From assembly GCA_002189035.1 (NCBI GenBank), contig NEEC01000010.1:248001-312000 (forward strand): DNA of 64,000 nt. Reading direction: 5' to 3'. The translations under genes were made by a program, and so were the position numbers. Below the pieces are notes generated by a model, which saw nothing but the letters and a program-made list of their open reading frames with translations, was not told the origin of the DNA and ran no database searches. Origin of the DNA: Utricularia gibba. Lineage: Eukaryota > Plantae > Magnoliophyta. Below are positions 1-14,361 of this stretch, in pieces; the stretch's first letter is position 1; each line of letters starts with the position of its first letter.

Positions 1-189
1 GAAAATAAATATAATTAAATCAGTTTTAGTCTGATTAAATGTTAAATACAATTTTTTTTATTATTTTCTATGTTTTGTTAAAATGTAATCAAAGTCATCG
101 AAAAGAGTCTAAAATAAAGGTTTATATGTTTTCTTCATGTAAGTATAGTTTTCTTATTATAAAATTTTTTACTCCTTTTTTCGTTAGTT

Positions 190-910
190 TAATTGGAGTC
201 AGTAAATGATTGGAGATATGGCATAATTATCCAAAATAGTATGAGAGCAAAATTGGGAAAATGGTCTTCCACAATTCCATTTGAAGAAAGAGGATGTTTA
301 CAATGCACCATGATGCGCACAGTTAAATTGTGATTGACTGTATAAGGAATCATTCCAACTATCACATCAAAATAAAAATTGTGGGACTTGCACAATAATT
401 GATTTGAAAATTAGAATTGCAGGGGAATCATATTGTGTTGTGGTGTAGGTTATGGTCTTTTTGCAGCATCTCCTTTAGTTAGGTTCATGAGTTGAAGTTT
501 TTACTTTTAGGTTTTGATTATGAGTAAGGTGAAAAGTAGCATCTTACACCCTTACAATTCGAGGGAGGTACAATTTATCTATAATCTATTGAATCCTAAT
601 CTAACTATGGAGAAATAATGACCTTATAGATAAGTCATTTGGTCATTAGAAACATTCAGGCATATATTGAGAATTCTATTTTGAAGGAAAAGTGTTATAG
701 TTTACATTGATTCTTTAATCATCATGAGACACTTCTGTTGGCTTGCTCCTCCTTCCAAAGTGAATTGAAAAGCTCTCAAATAAATCGAATCTTCTATCAT
801 TCTAGCACTCCTCAATAAATAATAAACTGTTGTTATATTGTCTATGTGCTCATGGAGATTTTCACCAATCTTCCCATAAAATTTCAGCAAGAAACTAATC
901 ATGGGTGACT
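190..910 (-). mobile_element. Degenerate Athila-like Ty3/gypsy gag relic
   Basis: ORF 702..902 reads HEHIDNI...IEDSIYLRAFQFTLEGGASQ, resembling the retrotransposon gag motif IxLRAFPFSLxGxAxxW. It is surrounded by stops. Boundaries approximate. Confidence 0.5.
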
Positions 911-2599
911 TGAGCTCATTAACTACATTATTTGGAAATCTAATACATAGATCTCTGTAAGTATGATCACTAGCGTCTAATTCATTTAGAGTCTAAAAAG
1001 AATTCAAGATCCCTTGCACTAGAAGAACACAAAATAATTTAACACCACTCCCGAGCAATGACACTAATTCGATAAATGAAAATTATGTGATCATTATAAT
1101 ACAAATAAAATTATGTGTAAAATAAATTTATAATTCCTAATCCTTATAAAATACAAATTCAACACAAAATGCACAGTACATTTTAAGATCGAACACAAGA
1201 GCTGATGTTTGTTTTATTAAAATAGGATACAAAGGCACAAAATAATTTTAGTTTAAGTTTTAGTTAAGACTAATATTAAACAAATAATAAAATATGAAAT
1301 TGCAGAAAGCAATAGAACAAACGGTAAAATTAGGTTAAAAAGAAATAAAACATGGGCACCTTAGGGATTTTAGAACAGTGTGCTAATATGACCTTTGTTC
1401 TAAACACTCAAAAATGTTAACTAATTTGAGATTGTTTAGGTCTACCTAGACTAATCAATATGATTTTTTAGTTCTAATTTTTCTTGAATTTTCTAGACCA
1501 TCCTTATACTTAAGTCTATCATTTCGTAAGATAAATAAGATTAGATCTATCCAATTTTATTGGTCTTTATCCAAGAAAATCTACCTGTTTACCCACATCC
1601 CAACCCATTGGTCTACCTATAAGTTGGGTTATCTATGTTAAGTACTCTTCCTTTTTTCCATCTCATGAATCTATGCTGGAATATTGAGAAAAGATACACT
1701 AGCATTCTCAAGTTTTGGATCCTAATTTAAACTATAAACATTTCTCCCAAAGCACCACAAATACCTTGGCCACTCATAAATAAACTAAACAACTCAACTT
1801 CATAAACTAAAAATAAACCATGTTCATAATCACAAATTTAAAAGTAGAACAAATATAAAACATGCATAATGCATAAAAAAAGAAAAATTCAATTTGGATT
1901 CTTCGTCGCTACCATTTCCAGCTTGAAACAATAGCAATGGTACTAGATTCAATACTGGAAGAGCTTCAGGTTGAAATCTTCTTCTCAATCATCTTCTTCC
2001 TCCCTCTCCTTGTTCTCGTTTCATTCTTCTTCTCACTTCTGAAAATATCTTCGCCCCCTTTGTTTTTTTTTTCATTTTTCAAAATGTATCATTATCCCTA
2101 ACATTTGTATTGCTCCTGACTTGAACCTACAAACTATGAATGATTGAATCAATCAATCATGTCCCTTCCTTGTATCTTGTACTGATCGACTTATGCATAT
2201 AAATTAACTAAATTTGATCTATAATACTGCTATTAACACTTAGAAAAACATTAAAAATCAAAATATAGATTAAATTATCAACTTTGTTTTTATTATGAAT
2301 AAAAATACAAATAATACTATAATTAATAAAATATTAAAAAATATGATTAAAATACCTATTTTTATCATTAAACATACTAATTTTATAACTTAAAAATACT
2401 AATAAAATATATGTTATCATCTTCTATTTGTTAAATATGGAGATTGAGTGTACTTTTCTTGAAAGAAGGAAAATAGTATTCCAATGCATCTAGTGGCAGA
2501 AAATGGCCACCAATTTACATGTTTAAATCCTCATAATGCTTGAGAATGAAGGAAAACATCATTTGGAAAACTTTCCAATCATACCAATCATTAATCATT

Positions 2600-2950
2600 A
2601 TGAACTACTTGGATTGCCCATTTCTACATATCTTGGATGAAAAAGAAGATTATGAGTTGTATCTTCATCTATTCCAATCTCTACCCAAGTTTGAGAGGAT
2701 GATAATGAGGCTTAATCACCAACTTTAAGAGTTGACATGATTTATGCATCAAGGCCTAATGGAGCAATAGGAAATCAAGTCAAGTTGTTGGTCTTCTCTT
2801 TCTATGTAATTGACTAAGCTTTTGAGTGATCAATGGTTTGTCATTATTTTGCATTGCTTCCTATGAGTAAATGGTTCATAAATTATTAAATTCATTCTTA
2901 AATCCCTTTAAACTCACCTTCCAAATGGCCTCCGATTCTTCCACGTTATC
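2600..2950 (+). mobile_element. Athila-like gag relic
   Basis: Broken translation LPKF...NHQL*EL...QVKLLVFSF...KAFE matches the Athila gag N-terminal pattern (LPKFxG..P..HL..F...KLRAFPFSL..KA..W). It has multiple stops and frameshifts. Confidence 0.45.
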
Positions 2951-4756
2951 TGATTTGGAGAAGACATCTAATAATGTGAAATGTTTAGGGCATGTTTAGA
3001 TGATGAGTGATAACACAAATTTTATTTGCATTTTCATGATATAAAATCATCATATTTGATTATGATTTTGGCTTTACTTTTCTAGTTTTTAACATCTTAT
3101 GTGACGTTTAGGATTTTCAATCTTATGTATAAAAGTGGACTAAATCTATAAATTTAGTCCATCTTGTATTATTAACATGTAATTGAGTTTTAGCAGTAAG
3201 ATTAGCAACAAATTAAACCAAAAGGACATGCATCAAGTCAAGATGGACTTTTCTGAAGGATAAAAGGAGAAGATATTTTCTGAAGAGAGGGATTTTTTTT
3301 GAACAAAGATAGAAGAAAAAAAAATCAAAGAACTTTGAAGACGATGGATGAAGAAGAAAACTCTAATAAGAATCAACTCCACACCTAAAAGCAACCTCTT
3401 TATTAGCGTTACTATTCCTAAATCAGAATAGTAATTGACAGGAACAAAATAGACTCAACTTCGCTTTATGTTTATCTAATTTTCAATGTTGATACTTTCC
3501 TTTAAATACATATGACAATGCTCTCAGTTTTATTTGATGAAGTAATGACTCTCCTTTCTATAATGCATAACTAAATTTAGAAGATAGTTAGAGTAAACAA
3601 AGTTGGTATGGGATAAATCTTTGGTTTTAATCATTATTTTCATATAATTTCTATCTGTTTTACCATACTTCAAATAGATCTAAGGGATAGAACAAAGAAC
3701 AACACAACTTAGGAACTCAACTTGAAGGTAGACTAAGGAGTTTATTTTTAGATAGACCTAGTTCTATTTATTTCATAAATTAGTAGATCTATGAATGAAA
3801 TAGGTTGGAAAATTAGAGAGTATTGTAGCAAAAAATGTAATAAATGATATGGATAGATATAGGTTTTTTGAAGTTGTGTAGGTATGAAATTGTGAGATAA
3901 AATTTGGGATCTGTACACTACATCACCCAAGATACCTTAAGGCATCATTGTTTTTTTGTCTACAAAAACTTGAATTTATTAATTTCTGCACTATTATTTG
4001 ATTTAATTTACCAATCTAATGTCCTGAAGTTAATTTACCTAGGATTAAGAGTAAAATTATTTTGAATTCTGCATCTTAAAAAAAAATACATTGCAAGTAC
4101 CTACTTTTTGTGATCGTCCTTGATTCTACTATACATTTTATACTAGGGAATATTTTTATTGCATTATGATTATAAATTTTATTTGAGATGAAATTTTATT
4201 TTCAACAGTAATTTAAAAAATTATTATTTATCATGTTGGAATAAGTTTAAATGGATGAGTGTATATATTTACTTCATTTGATACAATGGTTTATTAAATC
4301 TTTGAAATAATGGATACAATAAAACATGAGAATTCCAATGAATAAGGGATAAAAATAAACCTTGGACTGAGGTGGATAATAATTTATCATCTTGGAAAAT
4401 AAATATACTTTTCAAATTATACCCTTTAGACCAAAATAAATATATTGCTTAGATTGTGTCAAATTCATTAAAAGACCAAAGGGTCGACAAAAGAGGGAAT
4501 GCGACTGTATTTTACGTGGATAATCGCCAATTTATTTGTTGGTTATCAGTTTTTTCTTAGATTTTGTGGTTGAATATCTTCTGTTTGGGAAATTACTAAA
4601 AAAAATTAGATTAATTCGACGTTAGGTTAAGCTTTCAGATCTAGAAATGTGCTGGATGAAAATCCTTTTTTTTTTGTAGAATCATTACAAACTTTTGATA
4701 GGCACCTGATGTTGTGCCAAATTTTGATAATATTTATGGTGTTTTCAGTGTTAAGG

Positions 4757-5790
4757 TGATAAACGAAAAATTCGCACACGTTGTAAATATGCAAACTCTT
4801 CTATCAAATAAAATTTCTAAACCTATTTTATATTCAATCATACAAAAAATATGATGCATGCTATTTTTTCCAAGATTGAAAATTATGTCTAAACTAAGGT
4901 TAAGGCAGGTTTAGCATAAAATACAATAGAGAAACAAACAAATAAATTCGGTCACTAACTACAACAAGATAATGCAATGTCTTGAAACTTCAAGGAGAGA
5001 TATGATCATTGCTACACTCAACTCATCTAACCCAACAATCATTCACCTAACTAATGAAGGATTCAAGTTTACCTAAACCCTTCTTTTCCCTAATTTGATA
5101 AGGAATTAGTGTGATTACTGAGTTAGGTAATCATGAACACTCAATTCTACCTCAAGTTATTAGATGTATTTAGCCACTCATGCCTAAGTAAAATAAAACA
5201 TGTTCATAATATAACAACCAAAACATGTTCATCACAGTGCAATAACAAGAAAAGAAACATAAATGAAAATAAAAATTGTAAATAGTTTGTATGAGAAAGC
5301 TAAAACTACTCCCGGTTAGGAGTAGTGCTCCTGATAAACAAAGAAAAATTCAGCGGTAAGCTTGGTTCTTCGTTTCATTTTCATTGTTCTTCATGGTTTT
5401 GCTATTGTTCAAAGTTGTGAAGATATTTTTCTCTCCCTTCATTATGCCAAAAATCGTATTTGTACAACATTGGTATTTGATGTCTCATATTCTCACTTTT
5501 TGTCTCCATTCCTTGCCACCTTCACTGTTTTCTTTTGACTCCTAAGGATTTGGGGTGTTAAAACGTGCTACATTGCTCAAAGAAAGAGATTAAAACAAGG
5601 ATTGGAACTAAATCCATGATTTTGTCTCAACTTGCAAATACTGAATTAAATTCAACTTCTATGACCTAATTTTACTCATTTGGTAGTTCTAAAACATTGA
5701 AAAAGTAAGGATAGGTGAGTTAGAATAGAGAGAAAAATAAAAAAAATTAGCATTAGAAACATTATTTCCAGTAAAAATGTGTTTTGGGCT
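4757..5790 (-). mobile_element. Diverged LTR related to family A solo LTRs
   Basis: 4757 onward (TGATAAACGAAAAATT...) is the reverse complement of the family-A LTR 3' end (...TTTTTCGTTTATCA at 26719, 30419 and 54269), with further internal similarity near 5050-5150. The right boundary is approximate and no TSD was found. Confidence 0.55.
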
Positions 5791-7271
5791 ATTTTGCATT
5801 AATCCAAGGGTTAGGATGACTTTACTATTTATCCAAGTCTAGGAATGACCAGCCCATTTGGGCTGAGTCGTATATTATGACAAGTTTGCTTACTCATTAT
5901 TAGTCTAAGGGTAAAATGGGAATGCATATCTGTATGCGTTATGAGATAAGAATAACCAACAAGAAAGAGGGAACATGCCTTGCCACAACATGCAATAGGG
6001 CAAGGAATTCTGACTTCTGGATACCTTTTCAACGAATTTTCAAGTGATTTTCAAGAAGGCAAAGGAGGAATAGTTCCAAGATAGCATTGAAACTCAATTT
6101 GAACGCCGAGAACCTAGCAAAGATAGAGATCTTCAATTGAGAAGCCTGAGAATCAGTTTGTTTGAGAAGAAGAATCGTAGTAGCGAGAATGGACTTGAAG
6201 AATTGAATGAACTTTTTAACTTTTGTATCAACTTATTTTTACATTTCAATTCTTGAACCTGTATGGTAAATATGTTTTTAATTTGAATGTCTAATTTACT
6301 TGACTGTTTTCATTTTTTGAACATGCTTGCTTCGTTATGTATGCTCTAGTTCGCATGCCAATAGTGAAACTAGAAGCATGAGGTTGAGTCGCTGCTTATG
6401 TTTAGTTTAATCTCAATCTCAATCTCAATTTAGTGCAATGTCTACCGTAATTTCAAGAAAAGCTGATTTACATATTCTATTCAATGTTTTCAGATTAGGA
6501 ACTAGTAGCTGAATTTTACAATTTTTAGTAGAGTAGATGTTTTCAGACAAAACCTCCTATTTAATCCTCTTACATATAGAACTAACAGCTTAAAACCATT
6601 TGCTATTTGTGGAATAACTTGTACTTTCTATTATTATATTATTTTTCTTACAAAAGAATGTGGTTTGTTTTCTTAGTTTATAAATTACTTTTGATAGAGA
6701 AGATATTTAGGTCAGTGACACCTTCTGAAATAGATGAACATTATATTGTGGTTGTTGATTACAATGACATTTTAATATATTACTTGTATTTGATAATATA
6801 CCACTAGCCATTATTGCATCATACGTCACCATTTCATCTACACTTGAAAATTTAATTTATTGAAAATCCACAATTGCAAGAGTGAAGTGCAAATAGGAAT
6901 AAAAAATGTCATCATAATAAAAAAAGTAATATGACCATCATTCATCAATAATCATAGGTAACTTTTACAGAACATCATGAATTAAACATAAAGCACGAAT
7001 GAAAATTCAAATTCATCATCGGCTTATGACAAAACACACTATTATTAACAAAAATGATAGGAAAAACAATTCAAAGAGTATCCTAACATCTTAATCCATC
7101 AATCCAAGTGCGACTTGATTCAAAAGACAATTAAATGTACAATAGAGAAAAGATAATCACAATGTTGATGTAAGATTGTACACCATTACGAGACAATCAT
7201 TATCAGATACCTTAAGAAATAAGGTCAACTTTATTGGCTTTGATATTATAATCTATTACATGCAATTGTTC

Positions 7272-7760
7272 TAAAATATTGAGATCAACTTGCTTATTAG
7301 TTCAGAGTGTCCGAGGGAAAGATGGTCAACATATATCAATGTCTCATCCATCAAAGAAGGCTGCACATGTGGGTCATTCGGCAATGATGAATTAGCCTCA
7401 ACGAATTCAATATTAATTGGTGAGCTTTGGTTGATAGCTTCCTTATAACATGTAGCGAATTCTCTGATTGCATGATCTCTACCAAAAACTTCTTCCCAAT
7501 CTAGATAATGTGGCCACGTCTTAGATCTCATCTTCACAATCTTAGGATTAATTTACAACAAGAATCAAATTAAAACAAAATAAGAATCAATTTTTTTTAA
7601 AAAAATCCAACAACTTGAATAATCTTTACCTATGTTATTTTTTCCCACTATTCAAGTATATCGTCTATAATATGAATAGAACTATTCCAATGTGTTTCAT
7701 ATTTGCTCAAGATCTCCATCAACTCATAGTATTCTTTTTTCCAAGTATCATGCATTGACA
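7272..7760 (-). mobile_element. PIF/Harbinger ORF1-like Myb/SANT protein relic
   Basis: Translations HDTWKKEYYELMEILS...WN...W and TWPHYLDWEEVFGRDHA fit the Myb/SANT-like family (WKKxY...GW...W; FPHYxxxxxxFGKDRAxG). In-frame stops are present. Confidence 0.55.
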
Positions 7761-9399
7761 TAACATGATGATTGGCAAAAATTGATAAGTGATTTTATAT
7801 TGTTTCAAAATATTTTCTTTCATTACTTTTGAGTGTTATTTTTACTTATATTAGACTTCAATTTCTCATTATTTTTAATTGATTTTACATCTTTCATACT
7901 ATTTTGATCTTTTAGAAGAGAAAATATATTTTGTGAATTTTTAGAACATTTTTGGATCAATTTGAAAAGAAATCAAGACCCACCAAATTATGGATTTGAT
8001 GGGTCACAAATCTCAACCCAATACTCGATCGAATGATGAAGATTTGGTCCAAGATTCGTGGATAAGATAAAAATTTAAATATGATTTTAGAATATTTAGA
8101 TAAAAGATCTTATTCAAACCCATCAAACAAGTTCAATATGAATATTTGAATATGCTCTCCTAGAAATATCTCTCTCTCTCAACCATTAGAGATATTTTTG
8201 AACCACTTTTCCTTTGTATTTTGTCCTATTTTTGTGTCTATTTTCATGTTAAAATCAAGCATATGCATGTGATCACTTGTGGCTAAGGATTTATGATGAA
8301 GCCTTGTGCAAATCCTACTCTTGTGAGTGTTTTACTATGTTTTTCAATATTTAATTTGAGGTTTGATTCTATTTTTTTTAACGTTTTCTTTATCAACGTA
8401 TTCTTTGATACCACATAACTCCAAAAGAATGTGGGAGAATAAAAGGTTGGCCTCAAGCAACTAGGGAGAAGGACTAAATCGAACATTATTAGTAAGACAT
8501 ATTCTGTATAATCTGTCTGTGAAGTGTGAAATGTAGAAGTTAGATTTGGATGCGGGGAAATCATGGGTTATCATAAGAGATGAAATGGCTCTGGTGGTGT
8601 ACTTGATTCTATAATTCCACTAAACGAGAGACGATGCTATAACAGTTATCGAGTAGTACTATTTTAGAATAACACCTTCAGAACTTGTATAAGTGGATCA
8701 ATTTTCAAGGTTTACACACATAAGTTTGGGTGAGTTTTGAGCAAGATGGATCATAGATCTGAAGTCACTTTTCTTGTTGTTATTAATACCAAATCTTTGT
8801 TTTATTTTCGATCTTTCGAGTCATTGTTTTGAAAAGAAGATTTCAATAATAATTCCATGTGAATACAATCTTATATATTACTTCGACATTTTCTGTATAC
8901 TTGTAGAATTACCATCACAAATGTCTGATCTAGGAAGTATTTTATGTAATACTTTTTCAATGGCATCTTGATAACTAGAATGAATATCACTCTCGCTCTT
9001 GCACCCAAACAATATAGCTTGTTTGTAAGCTGCAAGAAGACAGTTCTCCTCCCTTGATGTTCAATCATGCTTACTCCTTGAATTAGACTGATTTTTAGTA
9101 ACATGAATCTTCTTGATAGAGTTACTCTCAGCCACATACTTTATTGGAGAAGGTTCCATTATTCTACAACCATATGCTTACTAAATATTGGAACATAGCA
9201 TGGATCAATGAACGAAAGTATAAGTTTTTATTTTGAAGGGGCACCTAATCTCACAAACTTTTATAATGAGACATTGTGGTTTATAAGATATGAGCTAATT
9301 TTAAATTCATTAAATTTTGTTATTTTATTACATTAATTATATACTAATTATGCATTATTTTTTTAATGAAAAGTTTTAAATTTATCAACAAGTTCAAAT

Positions 9400-10260
9400 C
9401 CAAGAAGAAGGCTACAAAGTACGCAATTGATATAGGATTTTGTTTCAAGATAGTGAAAAATGATAGTAATCATCTATGGATGTGATGCGTGGTAGCGATA
9501 ACATGCTAGTGAATTGAAGTGTGAAATGCTAGTGAAAAACCATGCTGAATCATTCAACTCAATCCTGAAAAATAAGTGCACTCTCCCACTTCTTGAGATG
9601 CTAGTGAAAGTCAATGATGCTTTTGCAATCTATTTCGACCAAAAGCAAGATGAACGTGTTTGATTTTCGACAAGTATATGTATAAAAATTGTGAAAATTG
9701 TGGCCAAATGTACGAAAAGGCATCATCGATTGTGATAACTAAATGGAGTGACGATGCATATCAATACCTCAAGAATGGAGTATTGCACCAACTGACCATT
9801 TCTCAACGTACTTGTTCATGTCATAAATGGTAGTATTCTAGTGAGTCCATAACGCTTTTCGTATCTCGCATATACATACAATTAATTAATGCATATGTGA
9901 TGATTAAGGAATTTCATGCAAGCATGCATATAGCATTCCTAATTATATCAATCTGACTTAGCTGCATTTTGTGGATGCCTATTTTGGTAGTGATTAGTTT
10001 TTTGTATGTTATCAAGGTGTCATCATTGGATTACTGAGCTTCAAATTGTGATGCGCAACCCCAGAGCCCCCGGGTGGAAACCACAAACACTTGGCCAGAT
10101 CCCAAGGAAATGCATTTCCAGCGATTCCTTGGTTGTAGAAGAAAAGAAAGTCTATGTCTTCTTTGTGGAGAAGCATAAGGTGTACGATATGTGGAGAATA
10201 TGAACATAATCATAGATCTTGCAAGAGATAGGAAGATGAGTGTAATGCGGAAAATATGAA
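9400..10260 (+). mobile_element. Degenerate MULE (Mutator-like) transposase fragment
   Basis: NHAESFNSILKNKCTLPL (9538-9592), SWIM-like RTCSCHKW* (about 9800-9830) and zinc knuckle CTICGEYEHNHRSC (about 10185-10225) occur in the MuDRA order, with stops and frameshifts between them. Confidence 0.6.
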
Positions 10261-11119
10261 AGTAAACTAGTGTTATTTGGTGATAGAATCACATTGTAAA
10301 GTACAAAGGAATGCTTTGCAAGTCCAAAGAACACTGCATTGATTGACCATGAAGGGCTTGTTGATATTCATTTCACATGAGTATCGGAATAATAACTCTT
10401 TGTACAGTCAACATCAAACTGCATATATAGGATCTATCCATGGTCCCTTTGTTACTTTATCACAAAATACAAAAATCAACATTCACAATTATTTTGCACC
10501 ATTCATGAATAGTAGTCCACGTATCTTTACCTCATACCTCAAAATGTGGGGACAAATTAATATAGAATCTTCTTATTCTTTTGCAGAATCCAAGAGAGAA
10601 TGGGAAGTGCAACCCTAATAAATTTAGGTGAAAAATAATGTGTTAATTTTAATGAAAAAGTAAAAAGATAAAAAATAAATTACAACACAATTTCTTTTAC
10701 AAACTCATCAACCAAAGAAATATGCATCTAATCAAGTTACGTTTATTCCAATAAACCAAAGACATCATTTACAAAACTTTTATAATCTGAAATCCATATA
10801 TAATCCTTTATAAAATTAAACGGAACTAAATGTACCCTAAGGGCTTTAATTGTTGTTTGGCTCCTGTGACGCACATATACCGTTGTCTGGTGTATGCAGA
10901 AAAGGAAAAGAATGGCCTGTTACCGAAAATTGGAAAATTATGTTCGTCGAACGGCAACAACATCATCTCCTTCGGTACATTTTTTTCTGCCCTTCCCCGT
11001 TGCTGTGAACGATTTGTAGGCAAGCATCCGTATATTCGAGGGAGCATGGAGAGGCATTAATTAGAAAGCTTCATTCGGTGAGAAAGTAGAAATCATTGAA
11101 AGCGTTGTTCTTGCTTGCA

Positions 11120-13593
11120 ATGGCTTCCTACAGCCAAGAAGGTATGAACGCCAATGCGGCACTTTATACTATAACGATCATTTGCTTACAGTTTTAATGG
11201 GCTTTTCTTCTTGATTTGTAATGATTGGTCTAATGGGAACAATAACAATTCTCTGGTTTGTTTTGGGGGCCAAGATTTTTTTATTTATCATTCATTTGCA
11301 GCACCCTTTCATTTTTTAGATCATTGTATTGATGATACAAAAAAACGGAGGATGGATGGTGGGTGGTACATTCTCCGAGTCCTGTCTATTTCTTTGTTTA
11401 TTTATTTATTTTTTTTTACATTGGAAAATGTTTCCATCTAACAGGCGCAAAAGATCTTGAATTTGGTATAAATACTGAACTCCCCTCGACTGCGCCGTCG
11501 CCTCGAGCCCCAGCATTGGTGGTATCCAGTTCCAGCAAAACATTAGCAGCATCAAGTTCTGGAAAATCTCTTGTTGTCTCTAATTCTAGTAAGGCCTTAT
11601 TAGTATCGAGTTCTGGAAAAAAGTTGGATCAGTCGGGAAAGAAGAAGTATGTAAGGCAAGTGACTGGACGGCACAATGACACAGACCTCCATTTAGCATC
11701 TCAAAAGGGTGATGTTTTCGGAGTGAGGCAGATACTTGCTGAAATTGATGAGCAGATGCTTGAGACGGTGGGTGGCGCTGACTTTGATGCTGAGGTAGCA
11801 GAGATAAGAGAAGCTGTGGTGAATGATGTAAACGAACTGGGGGAGACTGCTCTTTTTGCAGCTGCTGAGAGAGGGTACAATGATGTAGTAAAGACTATTT
11901 TGCCTTATACTACGAAAGAAGGCATTAGAATAAAGAATAGGTCCGGGTTTGACCCATTGCACATCGCTGCAACTCATGGCCATCTTGGTAAACGATATTT
12001 CTCTGAATTAAGTTCCTGTGATGAAACATTTAGGGTCAAAGGAAGATGATGAAACTGGACATATCATGTTAGTTCACATTCTTAAATTGCAAAGGAACTC
12101 CAACATTCTCCAGAATTTTCTGTGCCCAACTATGCAGTTTTTTTTACGAGCTGCTTATTTTTTTCCTTCTATTATAGAGATCGTGAAGCTGCTGCTAGAG
12201 TATGATCCTATGCTCAGCAAAACTGTTGGGCATTCAAACACTACTCCTCTCATATCTGCGTCAACCAAAGGGCATCTGAAAGTTGTTCGTGAGCTACTCT
12301 CCAAGGACTCCAGTTTGATAGAGATGACAAGATCAAATGGTAAAAATGCATTGCATTTGTCTGCGCGCCAGGGTCATGTAGATGTCGTCAAGGAATTGCT
12401 GGATAGGGACCCTCAGTTAGCAAGGAGGACAGACAAGAAGGGACAAACAGCATTGCACATGGCTGTAAAAGGTGTTAGTACTGCAGTAGTCAGGCTACTT
12501 CTACAGGTAGATCCAGCCACTTTGATGCTTCCCGACAAATTTGGTAACACTGCATTGCATATAGCAACCCGGAAAAAACGAGCTGAGGTGTGTGATTTGA
12601 TTTGGCATTTCACATTTTCTTGATCATTTTGCTGTCACACATCATTGCCCTCTACTATTACAACCCTGTAATTTGTGTACTTTGGAATGATCGATCAGCA
12701 GAAGGTTTTTACTAAAGAGCACAGGGCTTTCTGTTTGTTAAGGGTAATGGTCTTTTTTGTCCTTGCAGATCGTCAATCAGCTCTTGATGCTTCGGGAGAC
12801 AAATGTAAATGCCTTGACCAGGGATCACAAAACGGCTCTTGACATAGCTGAAGGACTTCTTCTCTCTGAAGAAGCAGTTGAAGTAAAAGAGTGCTTGATC
12901 CAAAATGGAGGTCTCAGAGCCAAGGAACTGAATCAGCCTCGTGATGAGCTACGGAGAACTGTATCAGCCATCAAGAAAGATATACATACTCAGCTTGAGC
13001 AAGCCCGAAGAACGAACAAAAATGTCAATGGTATAGCAAAGGAGCTCAGAAAGCTCCACAAAGAGGGAATTAACAATGCCACAAATTCTGTCACTGTGGT
13101 AGCTGTTTTGTTCGCGACGGTTGCTTTTACCGCCATATTTACCATTCCTGGAGGCGATGATGAAAATGGAACTGCTGTTATGGCAGGCAGCCCAGCTTTC
13201 AAGATATTCTTCGTTGCCAATGCTTTGGCGCTTTTCACATCCTTGTCTGTCGTCGTTGTACAGATTACCATCGTTAGAGGTGAAATCAAATCTGAGCGAA
13301 GGGTTGTGGAGGTGATAAACAAGTTGATGTGGCTGGCTTCTGTATGCACCACACTGGCTTTCATTGCTTCATCTTACATAGTCGTAGGGCGGCATCACAA
13401 ATGGGCTGCGCTCCTGGTCAGTATAACAGGAACGTGTATTATGGCTGGGGTTCTTGGTGTCATGACTTATTATGTGCTGAAATACAGAAGGATGCGAAAA
13501 GCAAGAAAGAAAAAGAAATACTCGAGAGTTGGAACATGTTCCAGGCATCTCTCGGACACGGAATTTGAGGCTAACCCAATATATGCTATTTGA
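11120..13593 (+). CDS. ITN1: Ankyrin-repeat / PGG-domain transmembrane protein (ITN1-like), about 599 aa; exons 11120-11141, 11445-11987, 12178-12587, 12769-13593
   Basis: GT-AG introns with consistent phases give a total of 1800 nt. Motifs include GKKKYVRQVTGRHNDTDLHLA, ankyrin repeats (GETALFAAA, GKNALHLSA, GQTALHMAV, GNTALHIAT), GINNATNSVTVVAVLFATVAF..IFTIPGG, four TM segments and the terminal NPIYAI. Confidence 0.93.
11516..11623 (+). repeat. Four tandem 27-bp (9-aa) coding repeats in the ITN1-like N-terminus
   Basis: LVVSSSSKT / LAASSSGKS / LVVSNSSKA / LLVSSSGKK. Confidence 0.75.
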
Positions 13594-14361
13594 TCATTGG
13601 CGCAGATTTGACTGAAGGAGAGAACTAGCGGGTTTCAACTTCACTTCTGCACCAACAGACATAATTCGGACGGATGCTCTTTAAGCTTCTGTGGCAGTTA
13701 AGAAATGATATTAAATTTTTGCTTTCTAGAACTGATTTGCAGATGGATGGGGTGGTCTTATTCTAAATTTTTGTTGGGCAGTTCCCATTCTTTCAACCTG
13801 ATCTTGGATCTTGTCTACAACACGCATCCTTGGAATCTGTAAGTAAATCCACTTAGGATTTCCATTTTCCCTGTTTTCTTCTATTCCCAAACAGCTATTC
13901 TGAAAAGGTGTGATGGTTGTTAAACAACTATGAGCATTTTTTTAGTATAATGTGTGCCCTTATTCTGTGATCCAGATGCATAAGCAGTCATGGTTGGTTG
14001 AATTTGCCCGACGTTGATGCTCTGCCGTCCACACTACTCACTCAAGTGTTTCGCGTTTAATGTATCAACTCTAGATTTTTGTGTTTATGGATCGGATCCT
14101 TATGCTTTTCTCAACCAAAAAAGGGATCTTTATGGCTTATTAGTCAATATTCTTTTGATGAAATTCCGAGGGGAGAGCATGCCCCCTCGGCTTTTGTTTG
14201 TTCGTTTCTTTTTTTTTTTATTATTATTTCCAATTTGAGGATAATGGAATTAAACAAACAGCAAGCATCAATCCTGTTCTTTTATTATTTCGTGAGAAAC
14301 AAAACGAAAAAAAAAAAAATCTAAACAATCGTTCAAGAATCCTTTTTTTTTTTTATTTTGC

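Noticed and set aside
3001-3964. Possible solo LTR (TGATGAG...TCTACA)
   Set aside because: It has LTR-like composition, but no matching TSD and no second copy in the window to define its ends.
11046-11060. Tiny uORF (MERH*) 60 nt upstream of the ITN1-like ATG
   Set aside because: The TSS is unknown and 4-codon uORFs arise by chance.
14166-14190. 8-bp GC hairpin CCGAGGGG...CCCCTCGG
   Set aside because: Too short to distinguish from chance, and plant genes do not use intrinsic terminators.
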